This document shows, in pieces, positions 54,890-64,000 of a DNA stretch of 64,000 nucleotides; position 1 is the stretch's first letter, and each line of letters opens with the position of its first letter. Both the position numbers and the translations under genes were made by a program. Location: positions 288,293-352,292 of the forward strand of contig CAWEVM010000015.1 of the NCBI GenBank assembly GCA_963812505.1, written 5' to 3'. The DNA is from an uncultured Alphaproteobacteria bacterium. GTDB lineage: Bacteria; Pseudomonadota; Alphaproteobacteria; Acetobacterales; Acetobacteraceae. The notes under the pieces are model-generated. The model did no database searches and had not been told where the DNA came from. It saw only the letters and a list, made by a program, of their open reading frames with translations.

Positions 54890-55737
54890 AGAACGCACAC
54901 GAGGTAGGCGCCAGCCGGTTCGTTGTACAAGCCCGTTGTCATCAGGGTCATCGGTGCCACAAGCCGCAATCCGTTTGCGAGGCACCACGCGAAGACCTCA
55001 TAGTTGCGCGTTGGTAGCAGGAACCCTGGGCCGGTAAATTCCGGTGCGGCAGCGATGAGAGCCATCAGATCCTGATTGCTCCTGCCGACGCTGTGCGCAA
55101 AGAAGCCGATCGCTGTTGCGTAGCCCGTGATCCGACCATCGCGCTCGACGACCGTTGCGGTCTTTTGATCGATTGCGTCCTTCAGTTCGCCGCCTCGATC
55201 GAAGCCATGGACGTCGAAGCACACGGCGTTGCAGGCATCGAGATCGGAACGTTCAGCCGCGCGAACACGATACCCTGCGATGCTCTGACGAAGCGGCGGC
55301 CCGTTCATGACCGAGAGCGGCTCGCGCGTGCGGAAGCCCATCGTCGTATAGAGACATAGTGAGCGGCGATGGAAGGCGGCCTGGCACAAGCGCACGCCGG
55401 GCGCGTTACGAGACGCCGCCCGATCGATCACGTCCTGCATCAGCCTGCGACCGACACCCTGGTTCTGCACAGCGGGATCCACGGTTATGGGACCGATGCC
55501 GACGATCGCAGACCGTTCATCCAGAAAGTTGCTGCCGATGATCGTTCCATCTCTCTCAGCAACGACACCGTAAAATTCCGGGTGTTCTAGCAGCATGCGA
55601 AGCACGCCCACTGCGACGTCCACCGAGGGAAAGTCACGCGGAAACCCATGTGCATCGTTGATCGCGCTGAATGCGTCATAACAGATTCGGCCGCACGCGG
55701 CGGCGTCATCGGGCGTGGCGGGACGCAACGCATCCAT
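54883..55737 (-). CDS. GNAT-family N-acetyltransferase (two-lobed, 284 aa)
   Basis: VDPAVQNQGVGRRLMQDVIDRA is the acetyl-CoA-binding Q/RxxGxG/A motif. Confidence 0.8.
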   Translation of the reverse strand: MDALRPATPDDAAACGRICYDAFSAINDAHGFPRDFPSVDVAVGVLRMLLEHPEFYGVVAERDGTIIGSNFLDERSAIVGIGPITVDPAVQNQGVGRRLMQDVIDRAASRNAPGVRLCQAAFHRRSLCLYTTMGFRTREPLSVMNGPPLRQSIAGYRVRAAERSDLDACNAVCFDVHGFDRGGELKDAIDQKTATVVERDGRITGYATAIGFFAHSVGRSNQDLMALIAAAPEFTGPGFLLPTRNYEVFAWCLANGLRLVAPMTLMTTGLYNEPAGAYLVCVLY

Positions 55738-55833
55738 GAGACCAAACCTCCCCCAGATCAGCGATTATTTGCTTAGTATAACACGCACGCTATCCGCAAC
55801 GAGTGCAGGGGGCAAGTCGGGGATTCGCGCGGT

Positions 55834-56658
55834 TCACCCGCCCATGAAGCCGTTCAGCTCCGGCGTGGCCATCGTTGTATCGACGTAACCCAGAGTCCCC
55901 TTATCCTTCACCTCGCGCGCCGCATTCAGCAGGCCCGTCATTGCCGCGCGGTACAGCGATGTGGCCAGGCTGATCCGCTTCACGCCGGCCGCTGCCAACT
56001 CCGGCACCGAGAACGACTTCCCTCGGATACCCGCCATGAAATTGAACGGCTTCGACAATGCCGAGCAGACGGTGCGCACCGCGGCGAGATCAGGCAGGCC
56101 CGGTGCCATCAAGACATCCGCACCCGCCGCCTCGAATGACTGCAGCCGCCGGATCACGTCGTCCAGGTCGGGATTGCCGCGAAGGAAACCCTCCGCGCGC
56201 GCGGTGAGCGTGAACGGAAATGCCATCGCCCGCGCCGCCTCGACCGCCGCGACGATGCGCTCCCGCGCCAGGCCCGCATCGAACAGCGGCTTCTGCGCAT
56301 TCCCGGTCGCGTCCTCGATCGAGCCCCCGACCAAGCCGATCTCACCGGCCATTCGGATGGTCAGCGCGGCGTCCTCGGGCGCATCACCGAACCCCTTCTC
56401 CAGATCGGCGGACACTGGCAGGTCCGTCGCCTGAAGCACAGCGCGCGCGTGCGCCAGCAACTCATCGCGCGTGATCATCCCGTCGCGCCGACCGAGCATT
56501 CCCGCAGCGGCGCCGCTTGAGGTCGCCAGCGCAACGAAGCCTATCCCGGCCAGAATGCGCGCCGATCCCGCGTCCCATGCATTGGCAATGACGAAGCTGC
56601 CCGACCCCGCGTGCAATGCGCGAAACCCGTTTGCCTTCTCGGTCTGACCCGTCGCCAT
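55834..56658 (-). CDS. Isocitrate lyase/PEP mutase superfamily enzyme (methylisocitrate-lyase-like)
   Basis: Start at MATGQTEK (56658). FVIANAWDAGSARILAGIGFVALATSS...GGSIEDATG. Confidence 0.85.
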   Translation of the reverse strand: MATGQTEKANGFRALHAGSGSFVIANAWDAGSARILAGIGFVALATSSGAAAGMLGRRDGMITRDELLAHARAVLQATDLPVSADLEKGFGDAPEDAALTIRMAGEIGLVGGSIEDATGNAQKPLFDAGLARERIVAAVEAARAMAFPFTLTARAEGFLRGNPDLDDVIRRLQSFEAAGADVLMAPGLPDLAAVRTVCSALSKPFNFMAGIRGKSFSVPELAAAGVKRISLATSLYRAAMTGLLNAAREVKDKGTLGYVDTTMATPELNGFMGG

Positions 56659-56797
56659 GACATCTACTCCTCCTCGCCTGCGATCAACATGACGACCCGA
56701 CCCGCCTGGGGCAACGGCGACCGCTGTACCAAACCACGCGCCGGTTGACGGACCAAACCGCCTGTTCCAGCGTCGCCACAGCAAACGGGAGTGCGAG

Positions 56798-58456
56798 ATG
56801 GCGAGCGATTATACCGTAGGCGATCTGGTGGCGGAATTCCTCACGCAGTGCGGCGTCACCACCGCGTTCGGCATTGCCTCCGTGCACAACATCCCGATGC
56901 TGGATGCGATCGGTCGGCGCAACACCATCCGCTTTGTCATGGCGCGCGGCGAACTGGGGGGCGCCCACATGGCCGACGGCTATGCGCGCGTCTCAGGTGG
57001 TCTCGGTGTGATTTTCTCCTCCACCGGACCAGGTGCGGCGAATGCCATCGGTGGTTTGATCGAGGCGCGCTTCTCCGGCACACCCGTGCTGCACATCACT
57101 GGTCAGACCGCGACGAAGTTCGTTGATCGCGAGGTCGGCACCGTGCACGACGCGCCGGATCAACTCGGCATGCTGCGCTCAGTCTCGAAGAGTGCCTATC
57201 GCATCCGCTCCGCGCAGCAGGCAATCGGCGTGCTCACCCGTGCCGCGGTGGACGCTCTGACGCCGCCGACCGGCCCGGTCAGCGTCGAGGTGCCGATCGA
57301 TCTGCAACGCACGCCCGTCGAGCGCCCTGCCATCTTTGACAATTTCGTACTGCCATTGCCGCCGCCTCGCACGCCGTCGGACAGCGAACTTGACGAGCTT
57401 GCCGCGCGCATCGTGACGGTGAAGCGGCCGATGCTGTGGCTCGGTTCCGGCGCACGCCGGGCGAGCGCGGCAGTGCACAAGCTGCTCGATCTCGGCTTCA
57501 CCGCAATCAACAGCATCAACGGCAAGGGCACCGTCTCCGAGGAGCACCCGATGAGCCTCGGCGGCTTGCACGGCAACGGCATGCCGAAGGTCCAGCAGTT
57601 CTATCAGACTGTCGATCTGATGCTCGCCGTCGGCACGCGTCTGCGCGGCCAGGAGACCGGCGACTTCGTCATCAAACTACCAACCAACATCATCCAGATC
57701 GATGTCGATCCGCTGGCCAACGGTCGCACCTACGCCAATACCTATTTCGTCTGCGGCGACGCGCAGGCGACATTGGAGGCGCTGCTGCCGCGTATCGAAG
57801 GCCGCATGAAGATCGATCCGGTCTATCGCACCGACTTCGCCACACTGAAGCAGACCGCCCGCTCCGACTTCCTCGCCACGCTCGGCGCCTATGGCACCTT
57901 CCCGGAACAGTTGCGCCCGGTGATGCCCAAGGACGCGATCTGGGTGCGCGACGTGACACAGAGCAACACCACCTGGGGCAACCGCATCTTCCCAGTGTAC
58001 AGCCCACATCAGAGCGTGTTCCCGGTCGGTGCCGGCATTGGCCAGGGCCTGTCGCTCAGTCTCGGCGCGGCCGCCGCGGCAAATGGGCGCAAGACCATCT
58101 GCATGACCGGCGACGGCGGCTTCTTTCTCAATGTCGGTGAACTGTGGACTGCGGTGCAGGAGAACCTCGATCTCAGTATCATCGTGATGAATGACCGCGG
58201 CTACGGCGTGATCAAGCGGATTCAGGACGCGACGGCGCAGGGGCGCCGCTTCTTCGCCGATCTGCAGGGCCCCGATCTGGGACAGCTTGCCGCCCTTGCA
58301 GGCATCCCGTTCTGGAAGGTCGAGGCCGCCGATGCATTCGGTGCGACGCTCGCAAAGTCGATCGCACACAACGGACCAAGCCTGGTCGAAGTGGACATGA
58401 CGTCGGTCGGCGAATTCCCCGCCTACTATCCATTCAACCAACGCTCCGCTGCCTGA
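56798..58456 (+). CDS. Thiamine-diphosphate-dependent enzyme (acetolactate-synthase-like fold)
   Basis: GGAHMADGYARVSGGLGVIFSSTGPGAANAIGGL...GDGGFFLNVGELWTAVQENLDLSIIVMNDRGYG. Confidence 0.9.
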   Translation: MASDYTVGDLVAEFLTQCGVTTAFGIASVHNIPMLDAIGRRNTIRFVMARGELGGAHMADGYARVSGGLGVIFSSTGPGAANAIGGLIEARFSGTPVLHITGQTATKFVDREVGTVHDAPDQLGMLRSVSKSAYRIRSAQQAIGVLTRAAVDALTPPTGPVSVEVPIDLQRTPVERPAIFDNFVLPLPPPRTPSDSELDELAARIVTVKRPMLWLGSGARRASAAVHKLLDLGFTAINSINGKGTVSEEHPMSLGGLHGNGMPKVQQFYQTVDLMLAVGTRLRGQETGDFVIKLPTNIIQIDVDPLANGRTYANTYFVCGDAQATLEALLPRIEGRMKIDPVYRTDFATLKQTARSDFLATLGAYGTFPEQLRPVMPKDAIWVRDVTQSNTTWGNRIFPVYSPHQSVFPVGAGIGQGLSLSLGAAAAANGRKTICMTGDGGFFLNVGELWTAVQENLDLSIIVMNDRGYGVIKRIQDATAQGRRFFADLQGPDLGQLAALAGIPFWKVEAADAFGATLAKSIAHNGPSLVEVDMTSVGEFPAYYPFNQRSAA

Positions 58457-58463
58457 TCGCGCA

Positions 58464-59705
58464 ATGCGCGGCCTGCTCGGTCTGGCCGCGCTGCTGGCCA
58501 TCGCCTGGGCGCTGAGCGAGGACCGACGCCGCATTCCCTGGCGCACGGTCATCGCCGGCATTTTTCTGCAGTGGGTACTGGCGCTGCTGCTGATCTACTT
58601 CCCGCCGGCGAATGCAGCGATCGTCCTGCTGAACGATGGCGCGACCGCACTGCAGAGCGCCACGCAGACCGGCACCAGATTCGTATTCGGGTACCTCGGC
58701 GGACAGCCATTGCCATTCGCGGAGACGCATCCCGGTGCCAACTTCATTCTCGCCTTCCAGGCACTCCCGCTGGTACTGACGATCAGCGCACTGGCGTCGC
58801 TGCTGTTCTATTGGGGCGTACTGCAACGGATCACCGCCGCATTCGCCTGGCTGCTGCGTCGCGTGATGGGCATCGGTGGCGCCTTGGCGCTTGGTGCCGC
58901 GGTGCATGTGTTCGTTGGCATGATCGAGGCACCGTTGCTGGTGCGTCCCTATCTCGCCCGCATGCAGCGCGGCGAACTGTTCGCGCTGATGACCTGTGGC
59001 ATGGCGGGTGTCGCCGGCACGGTGATGGTGATCTACGCGACATTCCTCGCACCGCTGATCCCCAACGCGCTGGGCAACATCCTGATCGCCTCGGTGATCA
59101 GCACACCGGCCGGCCTGGCCGTGGCGGCGCTGATGGTACCGTTCGGCCCGGCGGAAGCTTCGGAGGAACGCCTGATCATCGACGATCCGCCCCTCAGTGC
59201 GCTGGACGCGTTGGTGAAAGGCACGATCGACGGCGTTCCCGTGCTGGTCGGCATTGTCGCAACGTTGCTGGTCGCCGTCGCCTTCGTCGCACTCCTCAAC
59301 GCGGCGCTTGGCGAGCTGCCGCACTGGGGCGATGCTGCCATCACGCTGCAACGTATCTTCGCCTGGCCGTTCCGCCCGGTGATGTGGTTGATCGGCCTGC
59401 CGTGGAGCGAAGCCGGCACCGCCGCGACACTGATGGGCACCAAGACGGTGCTGAACGAGTTCGTCGCCTATGTGGATTTCTCCGCGCTGCCGCCCGATAC
59501 CTTCATGCCACGGTCGCGGCTGATCCTGACCTACGCATTGTGCGGCTTCGCGAATTTCGGCAGCCTGGGAATCGTGATCGGCGGATTGGGCGTAATGCTG
59601 CCCGAGCGACGGCATGAAGTGGTCGCCCTCGGCATGCGCTCGATCCTGTCCGGCACGCTCGCCACCTGCATGAGCGGCGCGATCGCCGGCGTGTTGGCGG
59701 GCTGA
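58464..59705 (+). CDS. NupC/CNT-family concentrative nucleoside transporter-like permease
   Basis: 413 aa: FVFGYLGG...ILAFQALPLVLTISALASLLFYWGVLQ...NEFVAYVDF. Confidence 0.85.
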   Translation: MRGLLGLAALLAIAWALSEDRRRIPWRTVIAGIFLQWVLALLLIYFPPANAAIVLLNDGATALQSATQTGTRFVFGYLGGQPLPFAETHPGANFILAFQALPLVLTISALASLLFYWGVLQRITAAFAWLLRRVMGIGGALALGAAVHVFVGMIEAPLLVRPYLARMQRGELFALMTCGMAGVAGTVMVIYATFLAPLIPNALGNILIASVISTPAGLAVAALMVPFGPAEASEERLIIDDPPLSALDALVKGTIDGVPVLVGIVATLLVAVAFVALLNAALGELPHWGDAAITLQRIFAWPFRPVMWLIGLPWSEAGTAATLMGTKTVLNEFVAYVDFSALPPDTFMPRSRLILTYALCGFANFGSLGIVIGGLGVMLPERRHEVVALGMRSILSGTLATCMSGAIAGVLAG

Positions 59706-59724
59706 CAGACAGGAGGAGACAAAC

Positions 59725-60582
59725 ATGCACTGGACCGATCGGCGCCAACGCTTCCGCGCTTTACTCGCGGGCGATCAATGCATTCATCCGGGTTCGGTGT
59801 TCGATCCGATATCCGCGCGAATTGCCGAGGAGCTGGGGTTCGAGGTCGGCATGTTCGCCGGCTCGATCGCTTCCTTTACCGTACTCGGCGCGCCCGACCT
59901 GATCGTGCTGACACTCACCGAGTTCGCACAACAGGCCTACCGCATCAATCGCGCCGGCAAGCTGCCGCTGCTGGTCGATGCCGATCATGGCTACGGCAAC
60001 GCGCTCAACGTGATGCGAACCGTGCAGGAACTCGAAACTGCCGGTGTCGCGGCGATGTGCATCGAGGACACGCTGCTGCCGAAGGCTTACGGTGAGAGGA
60101 AGCCAAGCCTGATCTCTCTCGAGGAGGGCATTGGCAAGATGCGCGCCGCGGTTGCCGCGCGCGAGGATCCCTCATTCGTCATCGTCGGCCGCACCAGCGC
60201 CGCAGCGATTGCTGGCACCGAAGACGTTCTACGCCGTGCCAAGGCATACGAGCAGGCTGGAGTCGATGCGCTGTTCTTCGCCGGCGGCGTCACCCGCGAA
60301 CAACTCGATGCGATCTCTTCTGCGGTGAAGCTGCCATTGATGATGGGCGGCGGTCGCGATGGGCTCGACCGCGAGTATATGGCGAGCCGCCGCGTGCGCG
60401 TCGCCCTACAGGGACATCAGCCGTTCTCATCCGCCGTGCAGGCTGTCTACAACACGCTGAAGGCGCTGCGTGAAGGGACCAAGCCCGGCGACCTTCAGGG
60501 CATCGCGTCGGCAGAAACGATGCGGCGCGTCACGCGCGACGGTGATTACAAGAGCTGGACAGAGAAGTTCCTCGGCGGCTGA
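59725..60582 (+). CDS. Isocitrate lyase/PEP mutase superfamily enzyme (oxaloacetate-decarboxylase-like)
   Basis: GSVFDPISARIAEELGFEVGMFAGS...LLVDADHGYGNALNVMRTVQELETAGVAAMCIEDTLLPK. Confidence 0.85.
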   Translation: MHWTDRRQRFRALLAGDQCIHPGSVFDPISARIAEELGFEVGMFAGSIASFTVLGAPDLIVLTLTEFAQQAYRINRAGKLPLLVDADHGYGNALNVMRTVQELETAGVAAMCIEDTLLPKAYGERKPSLISLEEGIGKMRAAVAAREDPSFVIVGRTSAAAIAGTEDVLRRAKAYEQAGVDALFFAGGVTREQLDAISSAVKLPLMMGGGRDGLDREYMASRRVRVALQGHQPFSSAVQAVYNTLKALREGTKPGDLQGIASAETMRRVTRDGDYKSWTEKFLGG

Positions 60583-60606
60583 GCGAACGGACGGACGGCC
60601 GGTCTC

Positions 60607-61074
60607 TCATCCTGGCATCGCGATGCGCCTGCCGACACCCATCGGCAGCGCGCTTCCCGCGCGCGCACTCACGGCCTGCATGATCCGGTCGTGCACGTCA
60701 GTCGGAAATGGCGCCACCTTGCGAACCGACATGTCGATGTGCAGCGCCATCAGCTCCTGCACCGCCACCCGGTAGCCGTGTTCGGCATGAAACATCTCGT
60801 GGAAATAGTGCAGCCGCTTGGTGTCACCGCCAAGCAGATGCGGCACCACACGCACCCGTTCGCCCACCCGCACCTCGCGCTCGTACAGCGTGTGCGTCTC
60901 GGCGGTGAACGTCGAGTTGCCGGTGGCATCGCGATATGCCTGCCCCAAGCCTAGCAGGTCGTAAAGCAAGTCCGTCGCCTGATCGAACAGCACGACATAA
61001 TAGGCCAGGTTCATATGGCCGTTGGCATCGATCCACTCTGGCAGGACCTCGCCTTTGAGTTGCGGCATCTCCAT
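60607..61074 (-). CDS. Hotdog-fold acyl-CoA thioesterase
   Basis: 155 aa: VLPEWIDANGHMNLAYYVVLFDQATD. Confidence 0.75.
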   Translation of the reverse strand: MEMPQLKGEVLPEWIDANGHMNLAYYVVLFDQATDLLYDLLGLGQAYRDATGNSTFTAETHTLYEREVRVGERVRVVPHLLGGDTKRLHYFHEMFHAEHGYRVAVQELMALHIDMSVRKVAPFPTDVHDRIMQAVSARAGSALPMGVGRRIAMPG

Positions 61075-61122
61075 TGGGCGCCAGCTTGTTGACGAAGCGG
61101 CACATGGTCAAGCACACAAGCC

Positions 61123-62526
61123 GTGATGTCCCAGATCCACGTGTCCGAGACGGAGGTGACCGACGGGTTGCCGCCGCAACAGCGCTGGCGAGCCATGCTC
61201 GCGGTCGCGATTGCGGTCTCCATGTCGGTTCTGGTCACTTCAATCGCCAATATCGCGCTGCCCACCATCGCGCATGATTTGTCGGCAACGCCGGCCGATT
61301 CGATCTGGGTGGTGAACGCCTACCAGCTCGCGGTGACGGTGACGCTGCTGCCGTTCGCCTCGATGGGCGACATCTATGGCCACCGGCGCGTATATATCTG
61401 CGGCCTTGCCGTCTACACAGCCGCATCGCTGCTCTGCGCACTCGCGCCATCGCTCCCGGTACTGGTGATCGGCCGCGTCCTGCAGGGCTTTGGCGGCGCC
61501 GGCGTCATGAGTGTCAACGGCGCACTGGTGCGCTTCATCTTCCCTCGTGCGCTACTCGGCCGCGGCATCGGCTACAACGCGCTGATCGTCGCGGGCTCAT
61601 CGGCCGCCGGCCCATCCGTCGCGGCGGCGATCATGTCGGTCCTGTCCTGGCCCTGGCTGTTCGCCCTGCAGGTGCCCGCGGGCATCCTGTCCTTGTGGCT
61701 GGCGCACCGCTTCCTGCCGCGAACGCCGCTCGCCGGCCATCCGTTCGATCCCCTCAGCGCAGTGTTGAACGCCATCACCTTCGGCCTGTTCATCACCGCA
61801 CTGGACGGCATCGGCCGTGGCCAGGGGCCCATCATGGTGCTGGGTGAATTTGTCGCCAGCATCCTGGTCGGCTGGTTCTTCGTGCATCGCCAGTACTCGC
61901 TTGCCGCGCCGATGCTTCCGGTCGACCTGTTCCGTCGCCCCGTGTTCGCGCTGTCGGTCGCCACCGCGATCTGCGCACATGGCGCACAGCTCATCGCATT
62001 CGTGTCACTGCCGTTCTACTTCCAATACATCAGCGGTTTGTCGCCGATTCAGATCGGTGTACTTATCACGCCCTGGCCGGCCGCGCTGGTGGTGATGGCG
62101 CCGATCGCGGGCCGCCTGGCCGACCGCTACCCCGCCGGCCTGCTCGGCGGGTTAGGACTGGCGGTTATGACGATTGGTCTCCTGCTGGTGCTGTTTCTGC
62201 CGCCACGACCGGCGCAGATCGATGTGGCCTGGCGTCTCGCTGTGTGCGGCATCGGCTTCGGATTCTTCCAATCACCCAACAACCGACTGATGATCGCCAG
62301 CGCGCCCCGCGACCGGGCAGGCGCCGGCAGCGGCATGCTGTCCACGTCCCGGCTGCTCGGTCAGACCACGGGCAGCGCTCTGGTGGCGCTGGTATTCGGC
62401 GTCACCCACGGCGGCGCAGGGGCGATCGAACTGGGCACCAAGCTCACCATCGGAATGGCCGCGGGGTTCGCAGGGCTTGCGATGGTGCTCAGCACGCTCC
62501 GTCTTGCCCAGCCGCAGTCCACTTGA
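61123..62526 (+). CDS. MFS transporter, DHA2 (14-TM EmrB/QacA-type)
   Basis: VTSIANIALPTIAHDL...VVNAYQLAVTVTLLPFASMGDIYGHRRVY...GRVLQGFGGAG. Confidence 0.9.
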   Translation: MMSQIHVSETEVTDGLPPQQRWRAMLAVAIAVSMSVLVTSIANIALPTIAHDLSATPADSIWVVNAYQLAVTVTLLPFASMGDIYGHRRVYICGLAVYTAASLLCALAPSLPVLVIGRVLQGFGGAGVMSVNGALVRFIFPRALLGRGIGYNALIVAGSSAAGPSVAAAIMSVLSWPWLFALQVPAGILSLWLAHRFLPRTPLAGHPFDPLSAVLNAITFGLFITALDGIGRGQGPIMVLGEFVASILVGWFFVHRQYSLAAPMLPVDLFRRPVFALSVATAICAHGAQLIAFVSLPFYFQYISGLSPIQIGVLITPWPAALVVMAPIAGRLADRYPAGLLGGLGLAVMTIGLLLVLFLPPRPAQIDVAWRLAVCGIGFGFFQSPNNRLMIASAPRDRAGAGSGMLSTSRLLGQTTGSALVALVFGVTHGGAGAIELGTKLTIGMAAGFAGLAMVLSTLRLAQPQST

Positions 62527-62534
62527 GCGGAACG

Positions 62535-64000
62535 CTACGCCGCTCTGGTGCCACGTCCGCCCCAGCGCCGATCGATATCGTCTAGGCACGTGGACATTGC
62601 CAAGCCAAGGCGCGCCGTCACCGTCTCAAGTCGTCCTACCAACGTCTCGGTCCGCGAGCGATCATTCCGCGTCACAGCATCGGCGATTTCCTCCAGGACT
62701 TCCCCGAGACCGATCGCGCCGCAGGTCTCAGCCAAGCCGCTGATCTCCTCGCAGTTGCGGACCACGGCACCCGCCTCCCAGCCCGGCAGCAGTTCGCCCA
62801 GACGCATGCACCGCGCAGTCGCGTCAGCCACAAATTCAGCGACGCACGCCCGGGCGCGGTCCATCCCGACGACCGCCACCATCTCTTCGAGAAACACCTG
62901 CGAGACGTCCGCAGCGTAACCCTGAGAGGGAACGGTGGACTGATCGTCCAGCGCCACCACAGACATTGCGTCGCGCGGTGATTGCGCCGAAACGCCCCCG
63001 GGAAGCCACCGGCGCAGCGTCGTTCCGAGACGATCGAGATTGACCGGCTTCTCCAGAACTGCGGTAAATCCGGCCTCGGTGCATCGCTTGTGCATCACCG
63101 GACCCTTCAGACCGGTCAGCGCGATGATAGGTATCGTCGCTGCACGCCCGCTCATACCGCGGATCTTCCGCGTCGCCTCGAAGCCGTCGCGATGCGGCAT
63201 CTGGATGTCCATCAGGATCGCGTCGAAGCTGTCATGGCTGGCGAGCCGCACGGCCTCGTCGCCGTCATTGGCTACGAATGCCGAGAAGCCTCGGCGCGAC
63301 AATGCCGCGATGAGCAGCGACTGATTCACCTTGTCGTCTTCCACCACCAGGATCCGCCCGCCGCGGACCTCAGGTGCCATCGGCTCCAGCGCCTCGAGCG
63401 GCGAGTGCTGCGCCAGCAACTGCTGCGCCAGCGACGCTACCTGATACGGATCAGCCGCCGCCGGAATGCACGCATCGACCTTTGCCGTCTCGCCGCCATC
63501 GCCGAGCCAGATCATTGCCGTCCGCCGGCCGAAAGGCGTGTCGCGCAGGCGAAGCACGAATACATCGGCCGCCATCCCGAGCAGCCGGCCCTGCACGATG
63601 ACGAGGTCGAGTGCGCCACGCTGCGCCTCGATGCGTTCAGCGAGCGCCATTCCGAGATAACCGTCCGGCGCCGTCTCCACCATCACGCCGGCGTCCCCAA
63701 GTTGGCTCGCTATGGTGCGGGCGCGCGCGTCCTCGTCGCCCACCAGAAGCGCCGTCCTCCCGGCGAAGCGCTGGCCGCCGAACGGCTGCGAGATGCGCTC
63801 CGACGGGAACTCAAAGGTGAATTCGCTGCCGACACCAAGCGCGCTCTCCACGGTCAGCGCACCTCCCATCAGCACTGCGTTCTCCCGGCACAGCGCAAGG
63901 CCGAGGCCAAGGCCCGCCTGGCCAGAGTTCGCCTGATCACGGCCACGCTCGAAGCGTTCGAAGATGCGCGCGCGATCCTCGGGCGCAATGCCGGGACCGG
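62535..64000 (-). CDS. Hybrid sensor histidine kinase, C-terminal part (HATPase end, degenerate receiver, canonical receiver, HPt-like domain); the 5' end lies beyond the right edge
   Basis: The frame is open to position 64000 (…GLGLALCRENAVLMGGALTVESALGVGSEFTF). Canonical receiver: ILVVEDDKVNQ...DAILMDIQMPHRDGFE...PIIALTG. Confidence 0.85.
   Translation of the reverse strand, partial: GPGIAPEDRARIFERFERGRDQANSGQAGLGLGLALCRENAVLMGGALTVESALGVGSEFTFEFPSERISQPFGGQRFAGRTALLVGDEDARARTIASQLGDAGVMVETAPDGYLGMALAERIEAQRGALDLVIVQGRLLGMAADVFVLRLRDTPFGRRTAMIWLGDGGETAKVDACIPAAADPYQVASLAQQLLAQHSPLEALEPMAPEVRGGRILVVEDDKVNQSLLIAALSRRGFSAFVANDGDEAVRLASHDSFDAILMDIQMPHRDGFEATRKIRGMSGRAATIPIIALTGLKGPVMHKRCTEAGFTAVLEKPVNLDRLGTTLRRWLPGGVSAQSPRDAMSVVALDDQSTVPSQGYAADVSQVFLEEMVAVVGMDRARACVAEFVADATARCMRLGELLPGWEAGAVVRNCEEISGLAETCGAIGLGEVLEEIADAVTRNDRSRTETLVGRLETVTARLGLAMSTCLDDIDRRWGGRGTRAA

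Noticed and set aside
55834-60582. Two PEP-mutase-superfamily genes next to a ThDP-dependent decarboxylase-like gene. This could suggest a phosphonate biosynthesis cluster (PepM plus phosphonopyruvate decarboxylase).
   Set aside because: Neither superfamily member shows the PepM-type EDKxxxKxNS motif as I recall it. They read IEDATG and IEDTLLPKAYG, closer to lyase/oxaloacetate-decarboxylase members. The ThDP enzyme is a full-length acetolactate-synthase-like protein. No AEP transaminase or phosphonate-tailoring gene is present.

Overview
This is a GC-rich alphaproteobacterial chromosome segment. It looks Bradyrhizobiaceae/Nitrobacteraceae-like from gene content and a REP-type palindrome, but that taxonomic call is inference. 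All family calls come from reading translations by eye; no database search was run.

- **1-23.1 kb:** one large flagellar locus in four transcription blocks.
  - fliM-fliL on the minus strand.
  - fliF, fliH-like, fliN, fliP, fliG, motB, flgE, flgK, flgL, flgI on the plus strand.
  - A lytic transglycosylase transcribed divergently from motA-orf740-flgF-flgG-flgA-flgH-fliL2.
  - orf449-fliK-flgD on the minus strand.
  - flgK is split by a frameshift.
  - No flagellin, export-gate (flhA/flhB/fliQ/fliR/fliI) or proximal-rod genes lie in the window.
- **23.4-25.3 kb:** a decayed patch next to tRNA-Arg(CCT). Frameshifted nirA/cysI-like and SUMT (cobA/cysG-type) fragments are separated by a truncated group II intron reverse-transcriptase fragment and a perfect hairpin.
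- **25.5-31.7 kb:** BKACE-family enzyme, MFS transporter, VOC protein, a STAS/RsbW-type partner-switching pair, folD, yggU and yggT.
- **31.8-35.3 kb:** tRNA-Ala(CGC) followed by about 3.4 kb of low coding density with orphan small ORFs, an AT-richer patch and a TA tract.
- **35.3-45 kb:** cupin, an APH-type kinase plus acyl-CoA dehydrogenase pair, a divergent ECF sigma / soluble zinc anti-sigma pair, and the prkA-yeaH-spoVR triad.
- **45-64 kb:** flavin reductase, AsmA-family protein, fused hydantoinase/oxoprolinase, creatininase-fold enzyme, SAF-domain oxidoreductase, GNAT, two ICL/PEP-mutase-superfamily enzymes, a ThDP enzyme, NupC-type transporter, thioesterase, DHA2 MFS and a partial hybrid histidine kinase.

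I see no clear-cut new defence or mobile system. The best candidates for undescribed biology are:
- two uncharacterised proteins hard-wired into flagellar operons;
- a shared ATTTCGC/GCGAAAT motif array in two flagellar control regions;
- a pseudoknot-compatible element upstream of prkA;
- the orphan-ORF island after tRNA-Ala.
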